Shown here: positions 25,285 to 37,385 of the stretch, piece by piece
Layout of the letters: every line of letters begins with the position of its first letter
Position numbering within the stretch: position 1 is the stretch's first letter
NCBI GenBank assembly: GCA_000934665.2
Contig: KZ537967.1
Span: 62,001 to 126,000 of the forward strand
Length of the DNA stretch: 64,000 bases
DNA from: Catajapyx aquilonaris
Taxonomy: Eukaryota
Direction of reading: 5' to 3'
Position numbers and translations under genes: made by a program
Notes under the pieces: model-generated
What the model was told of the DNA's origin: nothing
Database searches by the model: none
Seen by the model: the letters and a program-made list of their open reading frames with translations, nothing else

Positions 25285-27805
25285 AGGTTGTGCAATTAAT
25301 AACAGCAAGCCTTTCAAAAATACTGTAGGAGCATGTGTTAATGCCAGAACAATGTGACACGTAAGTAGGAGCCAGCTCCCATTGTTTCTTCGTCTCCAGA
25401 CTTATGTTTCAAAGCCAATTATCTCCCAATTTTATCCACCCACCTTGCACAACAATGGAATTTATTACACCCTGTTGGACTTGTATAAAACCTTATTCCT
25501 CCTAGCAGAGCTTCCCCCTAAAAATAAATTTCCGATATGAAATTTCTCCCCCTCTTCAAAGTAAAGCCGATCTTCCTTCACTTTATCTTCGCCAGACACC
25601 GCCTGACGACTCCATTCATCGAAAGGAACTCCTCCGGTATTGTTATACCCGGGTTTTTTTCCAGATCAATTCCAGGGGCCCAAGAGCTTGTTTCGCTCCT
25701 TCTCAACAGAAAATGTCTGATGGACCACCTTTTTTTTTAAAAGGCTCGCAAGTTTTTCCTGATTGCCCAGCACCAAAAGCACCGCCAATGCAAATGAAGG
25801 TTACGCCGCTTTTCGGGGAGGTGGCCCAGCTCAGACAAGGAAGCTCCAGCGAGGAATTTATCTGAGCTGGCCTTATAGTGTGAAGGGGGATTACCCCGCA
25901 AATTGGCACTTTGGGGGCCCCAGGGCTGGAAAAGCCCCTCAGCCCAAAAGAGGAAAGGAAGGAATATGCGGCCAGTGCTTGCCTTTCAAATGCTTTCCGA
26001 CGGAACAGGTGACGGGTTTTGTGGGGGTTAAAGAGGGTGCTGAGAATTGGGTAGGAAGAAGAGCAAGGGTATTCTCTTTGGCAGATTTGCAAGGATGCCA
26101 AGGGCTTATTCGAGGCCTGATCTCTTTTTAGCCCAGATGTGTTCTTCGCACCTTTTCCAGCTAGGCCAAACGTGGAACATTTCGGGGGGAGATTTTCCAA
26201 ACTGATTACGCGGCTTTGCGTCTAGGAAAAACTGTGGTTCTGTGGGATTCTACTTCAGCGAGTGGCCTAAATAGGCTCTGGGTTATAGTGTGTACCGTTC
26301 ACTGTTCCTACTTAATTAAGAAGAGTAAGCAAACACCTTAGTTTCTTCCGCAGCCTCCATACAATACAGAAGAGGAAACAGAAGCTACATGATCAACACG
26401 GATTATATTAAATTTATTCAATTTGGTTGTCGGTTTTACTTGTTTCATAAATCCATGAATTGGTCTATTAATTTGTATGTGCATTTTTCTTGCATGTTTT
26501 TATTTTAAAATATTTTTACAATTGTACAGCCAACTTGGCTGAGATGTGTATTAGAAATTAGAGAACGTGTGTTTCGTAGGTACAATTTGGTTAGATTACT
26601 GCGAGTCCTAATATTCCAAACATGTTTGTGTTTCTGACCTAACGAGGCAAGGCTGGTTCTGATTGGCTTTCTTTGAAATTTGAACGCACTTCATTGGAAC
26701 CAAGAGCTGCAGCCCTGTAATTTAAATTGGAATGAAAAAAAGTCGAAATATAACGTAAGCCTTGAGAGTAAAATATGCAATAAAAACCAGTTAGGTCACA
26801 ACCTACTGCAGACATACTATAAACAAAACTATAATTTCAGCCAAATATTGCGCCAATCCCGAAAGTGCAATGACACAATCAGAAGACTAAGCGCATTTCA
26901 ACTCATCACAAACCCCATTTATATTCAGCCCATCACCGGTTGAGCAAACAGTGCAAAGAGATGATCCAACAAAAACACGACGTAATCAAAACTGGTCATT
27001 ACCGCACACAAAACTTTAAGATTCCAACCGCATAAAATTTCCCGCTTTTTTTTCTTTCTTTCTCTGCAAACAAAACATGCAACAATGTGACAACCAACCT
27101 GAATTTATGGCCTGCACGTATTGCAAACAGTGGAAATATGAAGCCTGATAGGTCTATACACGTCGTCGCATCCCAAACGAGTATTAATCCAGAAATCAAC
27201 CAAATGACTCCCAACCACACATTGCAGGTCATTTGCTTTCCCCGGGTTGCCCATTACAACCGGGTGTCACTGCTGGGAAAAAACTTATGCAAGCGGACGC
27301 ATTGTAATCTCGCAATTTTTATGGTTCACCTCCCTCCATCACGTTATATATTAATAAATCGAGGCCCCCCTACTCTTTTTTTTTATTATTCCAAGCCGTC
27401 AGAGTCCGAATCATACTGTTTCATTCGAATCACGTCTCATCAAGCCTCGACAACTTGCATATTTAATCCTGTTTCTAGTTCGCAATTTTTTTTCCTAGGT
27501 GATAACCAGAATGTAGTTTTTTTTGGACGTCGACACTGAAACTCTCTCTCTCTCTTTTTATTATTTCGAAAACCCTGCAGCTTTGCTCTATCTCTAGAGT
27601 GATGAATGCAAATCTCTCGTCCTTGGTCGGCAAATAATGTGCAGATTCGGGCTCTCCATGCTGCCATTTCCCTCCAGGCAACAAAGTCATCAATTTCCTA
27701 TCCACCGGTTCAATGGGCTGAGAGACCCCTAAATTTTAGGCTCCATTCATTCGGCTTGTCCCTCTCTGAAATCTGCAAACCATCAATTTCCTGCCCATTC
27801 CTCCA

Positions 27806-27897
<92 letters not shown>

Positions 27898-27901
27898 TAA
27901 T
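27806..27901. repeat. (AAT)n microsatellite
   Basis: About 32 AAT units; source of the spurious poly-Ile ORFs. Confidence 0.97.
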
Positions 27902-29756
27902 TCGGGGCAAAGTTTAAACAGATGGGAAGCAATTTCGGGGTGGGAACTTGATCAACGATTAGTTCATCGATACGGAATAACTGAAGCTAATCGCTGATCG
28001 GATCGCTGATCACGTAGCAAACCGAACGAATCATCATCGCTTCTCTTGCTATTCAGGTAATGGTGGGTACATGATTAACGCAATATTGTGAAGCTATTAC
28101 AGTGTTCATTCGGGCCAAATTCGTGCCTCAGGAGTCATGTTTAAGTATTAGCCGATATTATAGCCAGAAACGAGGAGATTGAATAATATTTTATTCATGC
28201 ATTTTAATAATTTATAACTAATTTTCTGCTTGTGTTAAAAATCAATAGCTAATATGTTTGATACTTTCCACAAGAGTCACTGCATATAATATCAGCTTCT
28301 TAGGTCAAAAATAATATCTAATTATAAAGTACACCTGCTACTTTCTCAGCCTATAAGAGAACTGTACAACTTTCCAATATTACGTTAACATAAACATATA
28401 GTTATACAAGCTACAGTTCAAATAATATTAGTATCCAAAAACCTCATGCATACAACGTGCCCATATGTTTTCGTTTCCCTCGAGTAAGCTGTTTTAAATG
28501 AACAGACTCCGGCGGCTAATCAAAATTCAAAATAATAGTACCAAAAGTAGCACAACACTATGCGCCCCAGCATGTGATATGTATATAAAACGAGCTGGAA
28601 ACATCGCCCCCGTACTATATATTTATAAAACCGACGAGTGTTTTTTTTTGGAATAAAACCCGGAGAGGTAACGCGACCAACAATCCCCGCAATCAACTTA
28701 TGATCTGGGATTCTGTGCATCCCCCACAGATCCAGCTGTTATGTACACACCATTAATCAACCCAGCTCCAGCCCCCACAGCCAGACTACTCCTTGTTGCC
28801 AGCTTCATTATTGAAAATGCGTTTTAAAAATCAAGCTCGGAAAACCGAATGCGATTACTATGCATTTGTCCATTTACATTGCATCTTCATATGCAACCCG
28901 ATTATTAAAGCGGTCCCCTCCCCCTCCCAAAATTGAATTTAATTCCGCGAACCACAGCAACAAACAAATTAATCTACATTACTAATGCACGCGCGATAAA
29001 GTCGGCCTCCCATGAAAATTAGGAATCGGTTCAGAGGACAAATCGAAATTGGCCTACGTTGCCGACATAATCGCTGAGTGCAAAAATTTACGCGATAAAA
29101 AATGCGCATAACCAGTTCTTCTGAAATAATTAAATCATCATACACTCAGCAACTTACATAAATATATACGAGTACGTATCGCTCAAAAAGACGGACAATA
29201 GCATTTAATTTCAATGAAATGTCATCTCCATATTTTCTGAGCGATCCAGGAACTACATAATGTAATATACAATATTAATCAAATGCCTGAATTTCAAGAA
29301 AAGCCAGAGACATCAAAAATTTATAAGCCAATTTTTTTTTGCTATAGTTACACACCTCGTTAGCAATCAAACAGTCATTGATCAATCAGTCTGTCAAGAG
29401 ATGGTTATATTCTTGTATACGCCTCATCACTCCTAGCCACCGCATATTACGCGAGGAAATCTCTCGTAAACTCAACCTCAAATCCACACCATTTGGAAGC
29501 TGGGTGCTCGTTCATTGGGTTGAAAATGCCGGAAAAAAAGAGAGCAAGTCCAACCCTCCCCCTTTCAAACGTTATTGCCACCCTTTCCTGGCCCCCATAC
29601 CCCTTCTAGATCGAAATCGAGCGGAGGCCACAAAACCGAGACCAAATTGGGTTTCGTCCCCACCACTCACATCTAATCCACCTACTTGTGTCCATATCTG
29701 AATTACGTCTAATGAGTTTACATCGCGGCTGGACCAAAACACACACACACCCACAC

Positions 29757-30015
29757 CTGTTATAATGTGCTATCCTTGTGAGGGTCTGGCAAAAATAAAA
29801 ATTTAAAACTAACCTAACCTAACCTACAAAAAACACACGATATTTTGGTGACCTATTTTTTCACAGTAAAAAGGAGGTCTTGGTTTGATTTTCCGCCATC
29901 CTTGTGAGGACTGTGTACCTTATGAGGGCCTGCAAAAAGTCCTCGTAAGGTTTTCGGTCCTCACAAGGATAGGAAACAAGCGAAAAAAATCCTCACAAGG
30001 ATAGCAATGTCTGAT
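29757..30015. mobile_element. MITE-like element inserted in a (CA)n microsatellite
   Basis: Subterminal 16-bp perfect IR TGCTATCCTTGTGAGG (29768-29783) / CCTCACAAGGATAGCA (29991-30006); identical 13-nt flanks CACACACCCACAC (29744-29756, 30016-30028); internal CCTAA repeats and repeated CCTTGTGAGG motifs. Confidence 0.7.
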
Positions 30016-30527
30016 CACACACCCACACACACAAAAAGTTCATCATATAGTTGCTACAGGGCTACACATAATATATTTTAGAGTGTGTGATAGTTCCGGT
30101 AACTGCTTTTAATATTACTTATGGCCATATGCATTACTGTGTCAGTTTGACTCAACTACGTATCAATCTCACATCCAAGTGTCAAACTCAGGGTGAGACA
30201 GTTCAAGGTACCAGAAACTGTCATATCAAAAGGAAATACTAATTACCATATGCCTAACGCGTATCATTGTGACAGCAGACAGTGACTAGTCAGTACATGC
30301 CGGAGAAGATAGGAATCAGTGAATGTCATATCATCCTAGCACCAATGGGCTTGCGACTAGTATCGTTTTCAGGGACTTGGAAAAGGGTCAGTTTGTTTCA
30401 TCCTGTTAAGAATAGTGGTTACTCTCTCTTGTGATTGTCTCTACAACATACAGTACATAGCCGGAATATCAGTGTGAAACTCTCGTAACACCAACGTAAA
30501 CGCCTTGTAATTGCACATGCGGAGAAG

Positions 30528-32522
30528 ATGAGTTTTCGCGAAAAAGTTATGTCTGTTTTTGCTGCCTTCCTGGCTCTGTCCAATGGGACAAACGTGACCA
30601 TCCAGCCCGATTGTCCAGAGGATGTGACCTTGTCCGACATGGTCTCTAACCTGGACAGAGGACAGTGTGGTCTGGTGGTGTCGACGGACTGGACCCACCT
30701 GAGCCCACCGATGGAGAGACTGGTGATTGGTCGGACGGAGGAGTACAGCCCGATCCTATTGGTACGGATGTTGGACTGGACATTCCCCCACTCCTTCGAG
30801 GACCACCCTGGACTGACGGGACAGGACCAGATGCTGGACTGGAGGACTGTCCCTCCTTCCCTCATGTCCAGGGTGGGGACAGGGACGCACTGCACCGGAC
30901 ACCTGGTGCTGGTCAAGGAGGCCTCGGTCTTCCCAGAGCTGCTCATCCACACCTCCACCATCGCTATGGTACAACCTGGGGAGGACTGGTTCCTCATTCA
31001 CTTCTCATCCTCTCCTGAGGGTCAGAGGTCAGAAGTAAGGAGACACAGAGTCATGACCTCTGTCCCTGCCACTGCCCTCAGGCTGAAGGTGGTCACCAGT
31101 CCCACAGGAGAAGGAGGGATGCTGAAGATGGAGGACACTTGCTTCTTCTGCGGGGATGGGGGAAGGCCACGGGTGAGGACACTGGGGGACTATCAGATGA
31201 ACCAAGGTCACATGCTGAAGGGTCTCTTAAGGAGCAGATTCGAGCACATGAATGGGAAGAAGGTCAGGGCAGGATGCTACTTGGACATGGATTTTCAAGA
31301 GGGAAGGAAGGTCTGGAAGGAGTCTGGGGAAATAGCAGTGAATGCTTACGCACGCGCAATGTTGCTGACCGAAAAACATATGAACATGACACTAGAAGTT
31401 TATGTCAAAGAGCTACGAGGAGATGACTATGATTTTATGCTGCCAAACGGAACATGGGAGGGTATGCTGGGGGACATTCTCTCTGGAAAAGCCGACATAG
31501 CACCTGGTTTGTATCTCTCGGATACGACATACCCTTACCTGCTTCACCCACATCCTTTCCTTTACGGACACGGGACCTTCATGACCAGACACCCCGAGGG
31601 AGTGATCAACTGGCGGGTCATATACAGACCCTACCCTCTGGTCTTCTGGGTCTGCTTCTTGGTCACCCTCGTCCTGGTCACCCTGGCTGTCAACCGACTT
31701 TCTCTGTGGAGATCCGGACTGGATGAGCAGCATCTGCACCGACCTTTGACCTTCCTCCAGTCCATGGGTCTCGTCCTTCGTCACCTCCTGGAGCAGCCCA
31801 TCCACTTCCCTCGCACCAGACGGTTCCTGGTCCTGGCCTCCTTCTACTGCCTCCTCTTCGTGATGGTGGTGGTCACCGGATACAAGGCCAAGCTAGTTTC
31901 ATTCCTGACCTGGCCTCCCAGGGAATTTGTCCCAACAAATATCCACGAATTACATGGTTCTAATTGGACTGTCGAAACAAATTTGTTCCAGTACATGTTC
32001 ATGAGCAAGTTTGTGAAGGATTCTAATGACCCTATTCTGAAAGAAGTTATGCTGGAAAGAATTCAAGTGGCAGACACTTTTCGAAGCTGCTTGTACAAAA
32101 CACGTACAGAGAATGTCGCCTGCGCAGGTGTCAATATCTTAATAGAGCAGGATGAACTACATCGCTTCATGGACACTACTGCCCAACTGACTGTCAGATT
32201 TTCCAAGGATCGTGTGTTGCCATCTTACGTGTCGGCACCCGTGTCTCGAGGAGAAACCTCCCTGTTCTACCTCCTGCAGAACTTATTTCGGATGGGCAAT
32301 GACAACATGGACATGACTCGCAAGTTATTGTCCGACGATCGTTACATGCGTTTCCTTCGTCGACTGAAGGTGATTCGAGCAGAGGAAGAGAATAGAGAGG
32401 CGGAGGTCCTCGCAGAAGAAGTTCTGACAGTTCGCAAATTGTCTTCAATGTTTCACATCTGGCTCCTGGGCCTCCTTCTCTCTCTTGTCTTATTCATATC
32501 GGAAATTTTAAAGAGGAAATAA
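30528..32522 (+). CDS. Divergent ionotropic receptor (IR; variant ionotropic glutamate receptor family chemoreceptor), intronless, 664 aa
   Basis: Signal-peptide-like N-terminus; S1 motif PNGTWEGMLGDILSGKADIA; pre-M1/M1 YRPYPLVFWVCFLVTLVLV; pore-loop LLEQP; gating helix VVVTGYKAKLVSFLTWP (homologous to SYTANLAAFLT); C-terminal TM LTVRKLSSMFHIWLLGLLLSLVLFISE; uninterrupted ORF; AATAAA overlaps the stop codon. Confidence 0.93.
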   Translation: MSFREKVMSVFAAFLALSNGTNVTIQPDCPEDVTLSDMVSNLDRGQCGLVVSTDWTHLSPPMERLVIGRTEEYSPILLVRMLDWTFPHSFEDHPGLTGQDQMLDWRTVPPSLMSRVGTGTHCTGHLVLVKEASVFPELLIHTSTIAMVQPGEDWFLIHFSSSPEGQRSEVRRHRVMTSVPATALRLKVVTSPTGEGGMLKMEDTCFFCGDGGRPRVRTLGDYQMNQGHMLKGLLRSRFEHMNGKKVRAGCYLDMDFQEGRKVWKESGEIAVNAYARAMLLTEKHMNMTLEVYVKELRGDDYDFMLPNGTWEGMLGDILSGKADIAPGLYLSDTTYPYLLHPHPFLYGHGTFMTRHPEGVINWRVIYRPYPLVFWVCFLVTLVLVTLAVNRLSLWRSGLDEQHLHRPLTFLQSMGLVLRHLLEQPIHFPRTRRFLVLASFYCLLFVMVVVTGYKAKLVSFLTWPPREFVPTNIHELHGSNWTVETNLFQYMFMSKFVKDSNDPILKEVMLERIQVADTFRSCLYKTRTENVACAGVNILIEQDELHRFMDTTAQLTVRFSKDRVLPSYVSAPVSRGETSLFYLLQNLFRMGNDNMDMTRKLLSDDRYMRFLRRLKVIRAEEENREAEVLAEEVLTVRKLSSMFHIWLLGLLLSLVLFISEILKRK

Positions 32523-32595
32523 AAATATTATCTCAAATTCCATCCAAAATTATAGACAAAATTATAGCACCAACGTGCACGCAGTACCACTTTCC

Positions 32596-32660
32596 CCTGA
32601 GAGTGGCAGTAGTGTGCAAAGAGCCTATGCGCCAACTGGTAGTGGCCTATCGTACTACGT
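32596..32660 (+). repeat. Short dispersed repeat, diverged copy just 3' of the IR gene
   Basis: CCTGAGAGTGGCAGTAGTGTGCAAAGAGCCTATGCGCCAACTGG...CGTACTACGT aligns by eye to the copies at 13591/15108. Confidence 0.5.
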
Positions 32661-33720
32661 CCAAGTGGGATATGTGCCAAGCAGTGTTTCCAAAATTTGG
32701 TATCGAGTCCGCTACTAGTGAGAGAAATGCTAATATCTGGACAGCCATAGTAACAATTGTGAAAGTGCTTTTGTCCAAGGAACAAGGATCAATTGTTTGT
32801 TCGAGTCTCTGAGGATGTCCAGCATCTGAGATGCTCCAGAAAATGGGTATCCAATGGGCTGCTAGGTTTGGTCAGAGCCCAACGGAACACACCACGTTAA
32901 GCCCCATTCACTGACACTAATTGAGTGCAAGGTGATGGATTATTCAGCTTCCCCAGACAAATGGTTTTCCACTCCTCTCTTCTTGCTTCTTTTGCCTCAC
33001 CCAAAAAAAAACGAGCGACTGGGGCGTCAATGGACTGCCTAAATCGAGATTCAAGAAGAGGGAGACCGGAGACATTTGTGCTGTCGGAAAACGGCGTCGT
33101 TTGTTCCGGAGTCGACGGTCAGTCGGACCACCGGATTATTCCCTAGGGATGTGTCACAGTCGACTTTTCACAATAATCCGCACTGTTTCCTCCAGCATGA
33201 TTTTCAATTATTTCAAAACAGTATGTGATGACTAATTTTTTTTTGCAGTCCTAAAATTTGCGAGACACGGGGACAGGCTGTGGGAGGAATGCAATCGCAG
33301 GGAAAGCTCATTTCCATTAGTTATTTGTCATTTGCAAAAGCCTCCCCTGCTGGCAATGAGAAAGGAGCCGCGATTCCGATCCGCTCTCTTGGCTCATAAG
33401 CTGCTCTTGTATTATTCACCCCCGAACCCTTCAGCCTGGAAACTCCTCCGAAAACCTTTACCTCCCCCTCCCCCCACACAGAAAATCTCACTCACTCTAA
33501 TAAATGGCTGCCACAATTTTGTGCATTTCAAAAAAAAACCTCTGGAGAAAATCGGAAGCAAAGGTCGCACGCTATGTCAACTATCATATAGTAGTCGTGG
33601 TCGGTGATTAGTTCACGTGTATTTGGGCTTCTGGATCAATGTGCCCAAAGTTTCTTCGCCGGATGTTTCACACCCTGCTCTAAATTACAGCAATTTTAAC
33701 CTTCGCGTTGGGTTCAGGAA

Positions 33721-33772
33721 CAGGGTGAATCAGAAATGCCCCAAAAATATACGGAAATTCTGACTCACCCTA
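33721..33772. mobile_element. Minimal Tc1/mariner-like MITE remnant
   Basis: CAGGGTGAATCAGAA ... TTCTGACTCACCCT imperfect TIR pair. Confidence 0.4.
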
Positions 33773-36700
33773 CAATTTTTCACATTTTCAAGCTAATTAC
33801 TCGGTCATGTTACATGTTGTACGGTACTCTAAGTTGATGTTGATGCCAGTTTGTGTTACACGTGATACAAAGGCGCTGTTGCCTACATTTCAGGATCACC
33901 CATATTGAAGGAAAAAAAAATCAGTGCGGGATGATTATTAAAACATAACAATGTGGCCCTCATCTTCATCAATATTATGCAACATCTGGTGCTTTAAATC
34001 TGAACGCATCTGAAGGGGGGATTAGCCTCCCGCCAGGCCTATTTTTTAATCTGAACAAAAAGTCTGCACCCGAGGGCTTTTGTTTAATTACGGAGCGGCG
34101 CAGCTGTAAACTTGGACTCACTTTGGCCGCCTGGATAAATAAGCAACGGAGCAAACACGAACAGTAATTTAATTATTTATCCGCTCTTGGCTTCACGAGG
34201 AGAAACATTAAGTGACAAAAGGTAGCTTACGAGGCTTTTGTCTCTGAGTAGGATTAAGCGTAGTTTTTAGCCGTTGCCGATCATATAGATATTCGTAGAA
34301 AGTAACAATTGCTTTGTGAATAACATTGTTGATGTGGTTGAGTTTGATCAAATTATAACTGACAGATGATTAAATAATAATTCGCTGCGTGAAGGAGAGG
34401 ACACATGCTCGATTTTTTTTTTGTAAGCAATATTAGCACAGGTGCTTTAGAGATTAGGAGTACGAACTAAAGCTGGTAGTTTCTGTTCGAACTGCACATT
34501 ATGCAACTGTGAGTGATATGAATGGATTTGTAAGCGAAGGCAGCAGGTGGTGCAGCGATGATGAGGGTTCATTAAATTATGGGGGGAAGATCTACAATGC
34601 AATTGTCCTAACCGAACCGAATTGCAATTGCAAAAAATGGTAATTGCACCAGATAGCTTCTAACAATATAATTAATCAAAATATTACCTACATTTAAAAA
34701 TAAAGCACGAACACTGTAATGCTAGACAGATATTAGTATGCGACACGTAGCAAAAATATCGGGGTTTTATAGTCTTTTGTAAAACCATGGGGTCGACAGA
34801 TCGGCGGTGCATAAGAGCCATTTAATCTGTTAATAAAATTGGATGCCATCACAGGCTATAATGATACACAGTGCATCAAACACCATGAGCTGTTATTGTG
34901 CTTCAGGTTTGAAAATTAGCTATCCCAAAGAGTTGCATCCAATATGATTACATAATGCATGCTAATATCGCCAAAAATCTGAATTTGGCTGGATTTTATG
35001 GGAAAATATTTGTAGGTCAGGTTTAATATGCGCAGAATTTTGTATCGAATTTTCACGCAGATTAAAACGTGCACTGTAACAATTTCATTTCTGTACAGGT
35101 ACGCATGTGGCTATTAAGTATTTCTTTATTAGTCAAATAATTGCGACTTTTCGTTACTGTACAACGATCAAACATTAACTGTACAACTTTCCAACTCAGC
35201 TCAGCCAATACTGTGCACATGATCCAATCGACTGCAAAGGACGAAATTCCCCGGAAACTTTCAGCAGATTATACACAGCACTGGCGCAACCTGGGGGGAA
35301 AAAAACCGGTTCTAGCGAAAATAAACAATCTCGCTATGGATAAACTTCTGCCAAGTTGGATAGTTAATCTTCCCCCATTCTTTTTCCTGCTTCTCGAGGC
35401 GATATGAAGAAGGAGAAAAAATATATATAGAGAGAGAAGAAGCTCACGTTGTTAAGGTAATAAATAAAACCGGGGAGACCATCGCAGTGACTGGTTCCCA
35501 TGGCGGAAGCCCAACCCCGATTATAACCATCGTCTTTTCCAAGCTCCTAATCCCCAAAACAAGAAAAATAATCTCTTCGGATATAATTTAGAAGGATCTT
35601 AATTCACCATATACTCTGCCATCTCCCATTTTCTTCCAACTCTGCCCCCCCATAATTCCCTCACCGACACTCTGGTTTTTGCCACTCTTCCTCTTTCTCT
35701 ATGGGAGAACACTATGGCCTTCATACAATTTTCAGAGACCGGAGTGCTGTTTAGCTCTCAGGAGCTCCTCGACTTGCAACATTCAAGAAGTGGGTGGTTG
35801 GGTGAGGATGAAACATTCTTCTTCTTTTTTAAAGCTGTTGTTGGGTCTGCTGCTAAAGAGGCACGGAGCTACCTGTAATTGCCCTTATCAGAAAAATGCG
35901 ACGTCTCTACAGCTAGGGAGAAGCCTAGAAGCCACTTTGTGCTCGTTAGTGATCGCATCGTACCAAAAAAAACTGTTCATCTTTCAAATTGTTATGTATG
36001 CCTTGGAGTCACAAAACCTAACGAGCCGTCAAAAAATGGCAAATGCAAATGCGCAAAATTTCACGCTCATATCCTTAAAGGGGCTAGTTCCGCGTAATTG
36101 CACGATGTGCAAGGTAATCTGGTAAAATTCAGGGTGTGCAGTACAATTTTTTCTGTCAGGATAGATCCAAAAACATGGGTCTCTTTTGGCTTGCAAGTCT
36201 GGTGAGAAGAGGACAGTAGCAGAAGGGACGATGGGGACAATATCCATAAACTCTCTTGCTGAAACACGTAACAGGCTAATTAAACGGGCAAAAGGCCCCG
36301 GATCTTAATACCTACTTTCTTCCTCCGGATTTTACGCTGCTGCAAGGACTAATAGAAAGTAAAAGGCCTCTCCTTATAGTACGAGCTCGTTAAGGGAAAT
36401 TACGTATTATGCTTCGACTTAACATACAAGAATGAACTTGGGAACCAAACGAGTGGGATTTTAGTCCCTCCCTCAACATGAAGCCGGGCTTGAATACCAA
36501 AAACCGGAGTCTCATTTGTCCTCCATATTCATTACCGTGTCAATTCAAGAGGAAAGGACTTCTTCTTTTAATTCGGAACAGACGGAGCACTTTAAGTAGT
36601 TTCGATGAGCGACTCCAATGTTCCACCTGGCCGAACCTTTTGTCAACTCCCGAGGAAGGGTTTATTTTCCTCCCGATCTCTTCGCCACATGGCACCGAAA

Positions 36701-37008
36701 ACTTGGGAGGCTCATAATTAGAGGAGATGAAGCGTTTATCGGAAGCTGCTGCAAACAACATTCTACTAATGCGCCATGATTGAGCGAGCGAACCTTTGCG
36801 CAAAATTATTTATCAACAAAATATATTGGATAGAGATAGTTTTCCAAAATTTAGGGGGAAAAAACACTATATAGGTACAACAGGTAGAACTTTCAGGAGC
36901 AAAGTAGGGTCGATGGAGACTAATGCAGCGGAAGAATGAATGAAAAGACTGGAGGCGCCAACGTTTCCGAGAGAAAAAATATTCAAAAACTTTTTTTTCA
37001 AACGAGAT

Positions 37009-37385
37009 GTATCGATATGTATCGATATATCGATATTCACGGGTAGCGTTTTGGACAAACATCCGGAAGGAACTTCCCATTTCTACACGAAGATTTCCCC
37101 TTCCGCGATATATCGCTATAGCCCGTCCTCGATATATCCTTTCCTCGATATATCATGTCCTCGATATATCGATATATCCTTTCCTCGATATATCGATATA
37201 TCCTTTCGCTCCCTCGATATATCATGTTCTCGAGATATCGATATAGCCTGTCCTCGATATACCATGTTCTCGATATATCGATATATCCTTTCCTCGATAT
37301 ATCCTTTCCTCGATATATCATGTTCTCGATATATCGATATAGCCTGTCCTCGATATATCCTTTCCTCGATGTGATATGTCGATAT
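37009..37385. repeat. TCCTCGATATATC / TATCGATA-rich minisatellite array
   Basis: Mixed 16- and 24-nt units built on CTCGATATATC; several TATCGATA palindromes. Confidence 0.9.

Noticed and set aside
27606..27917. Poly-Ile ORFs
   Set aside because: Translation of the (AAT)n microsatellite.
30419..31805. Antisense and alternate-frame ORFs overlapping the IR
   Set aside because: Shadow ORFs caused by the high GC3 of the IR segments.
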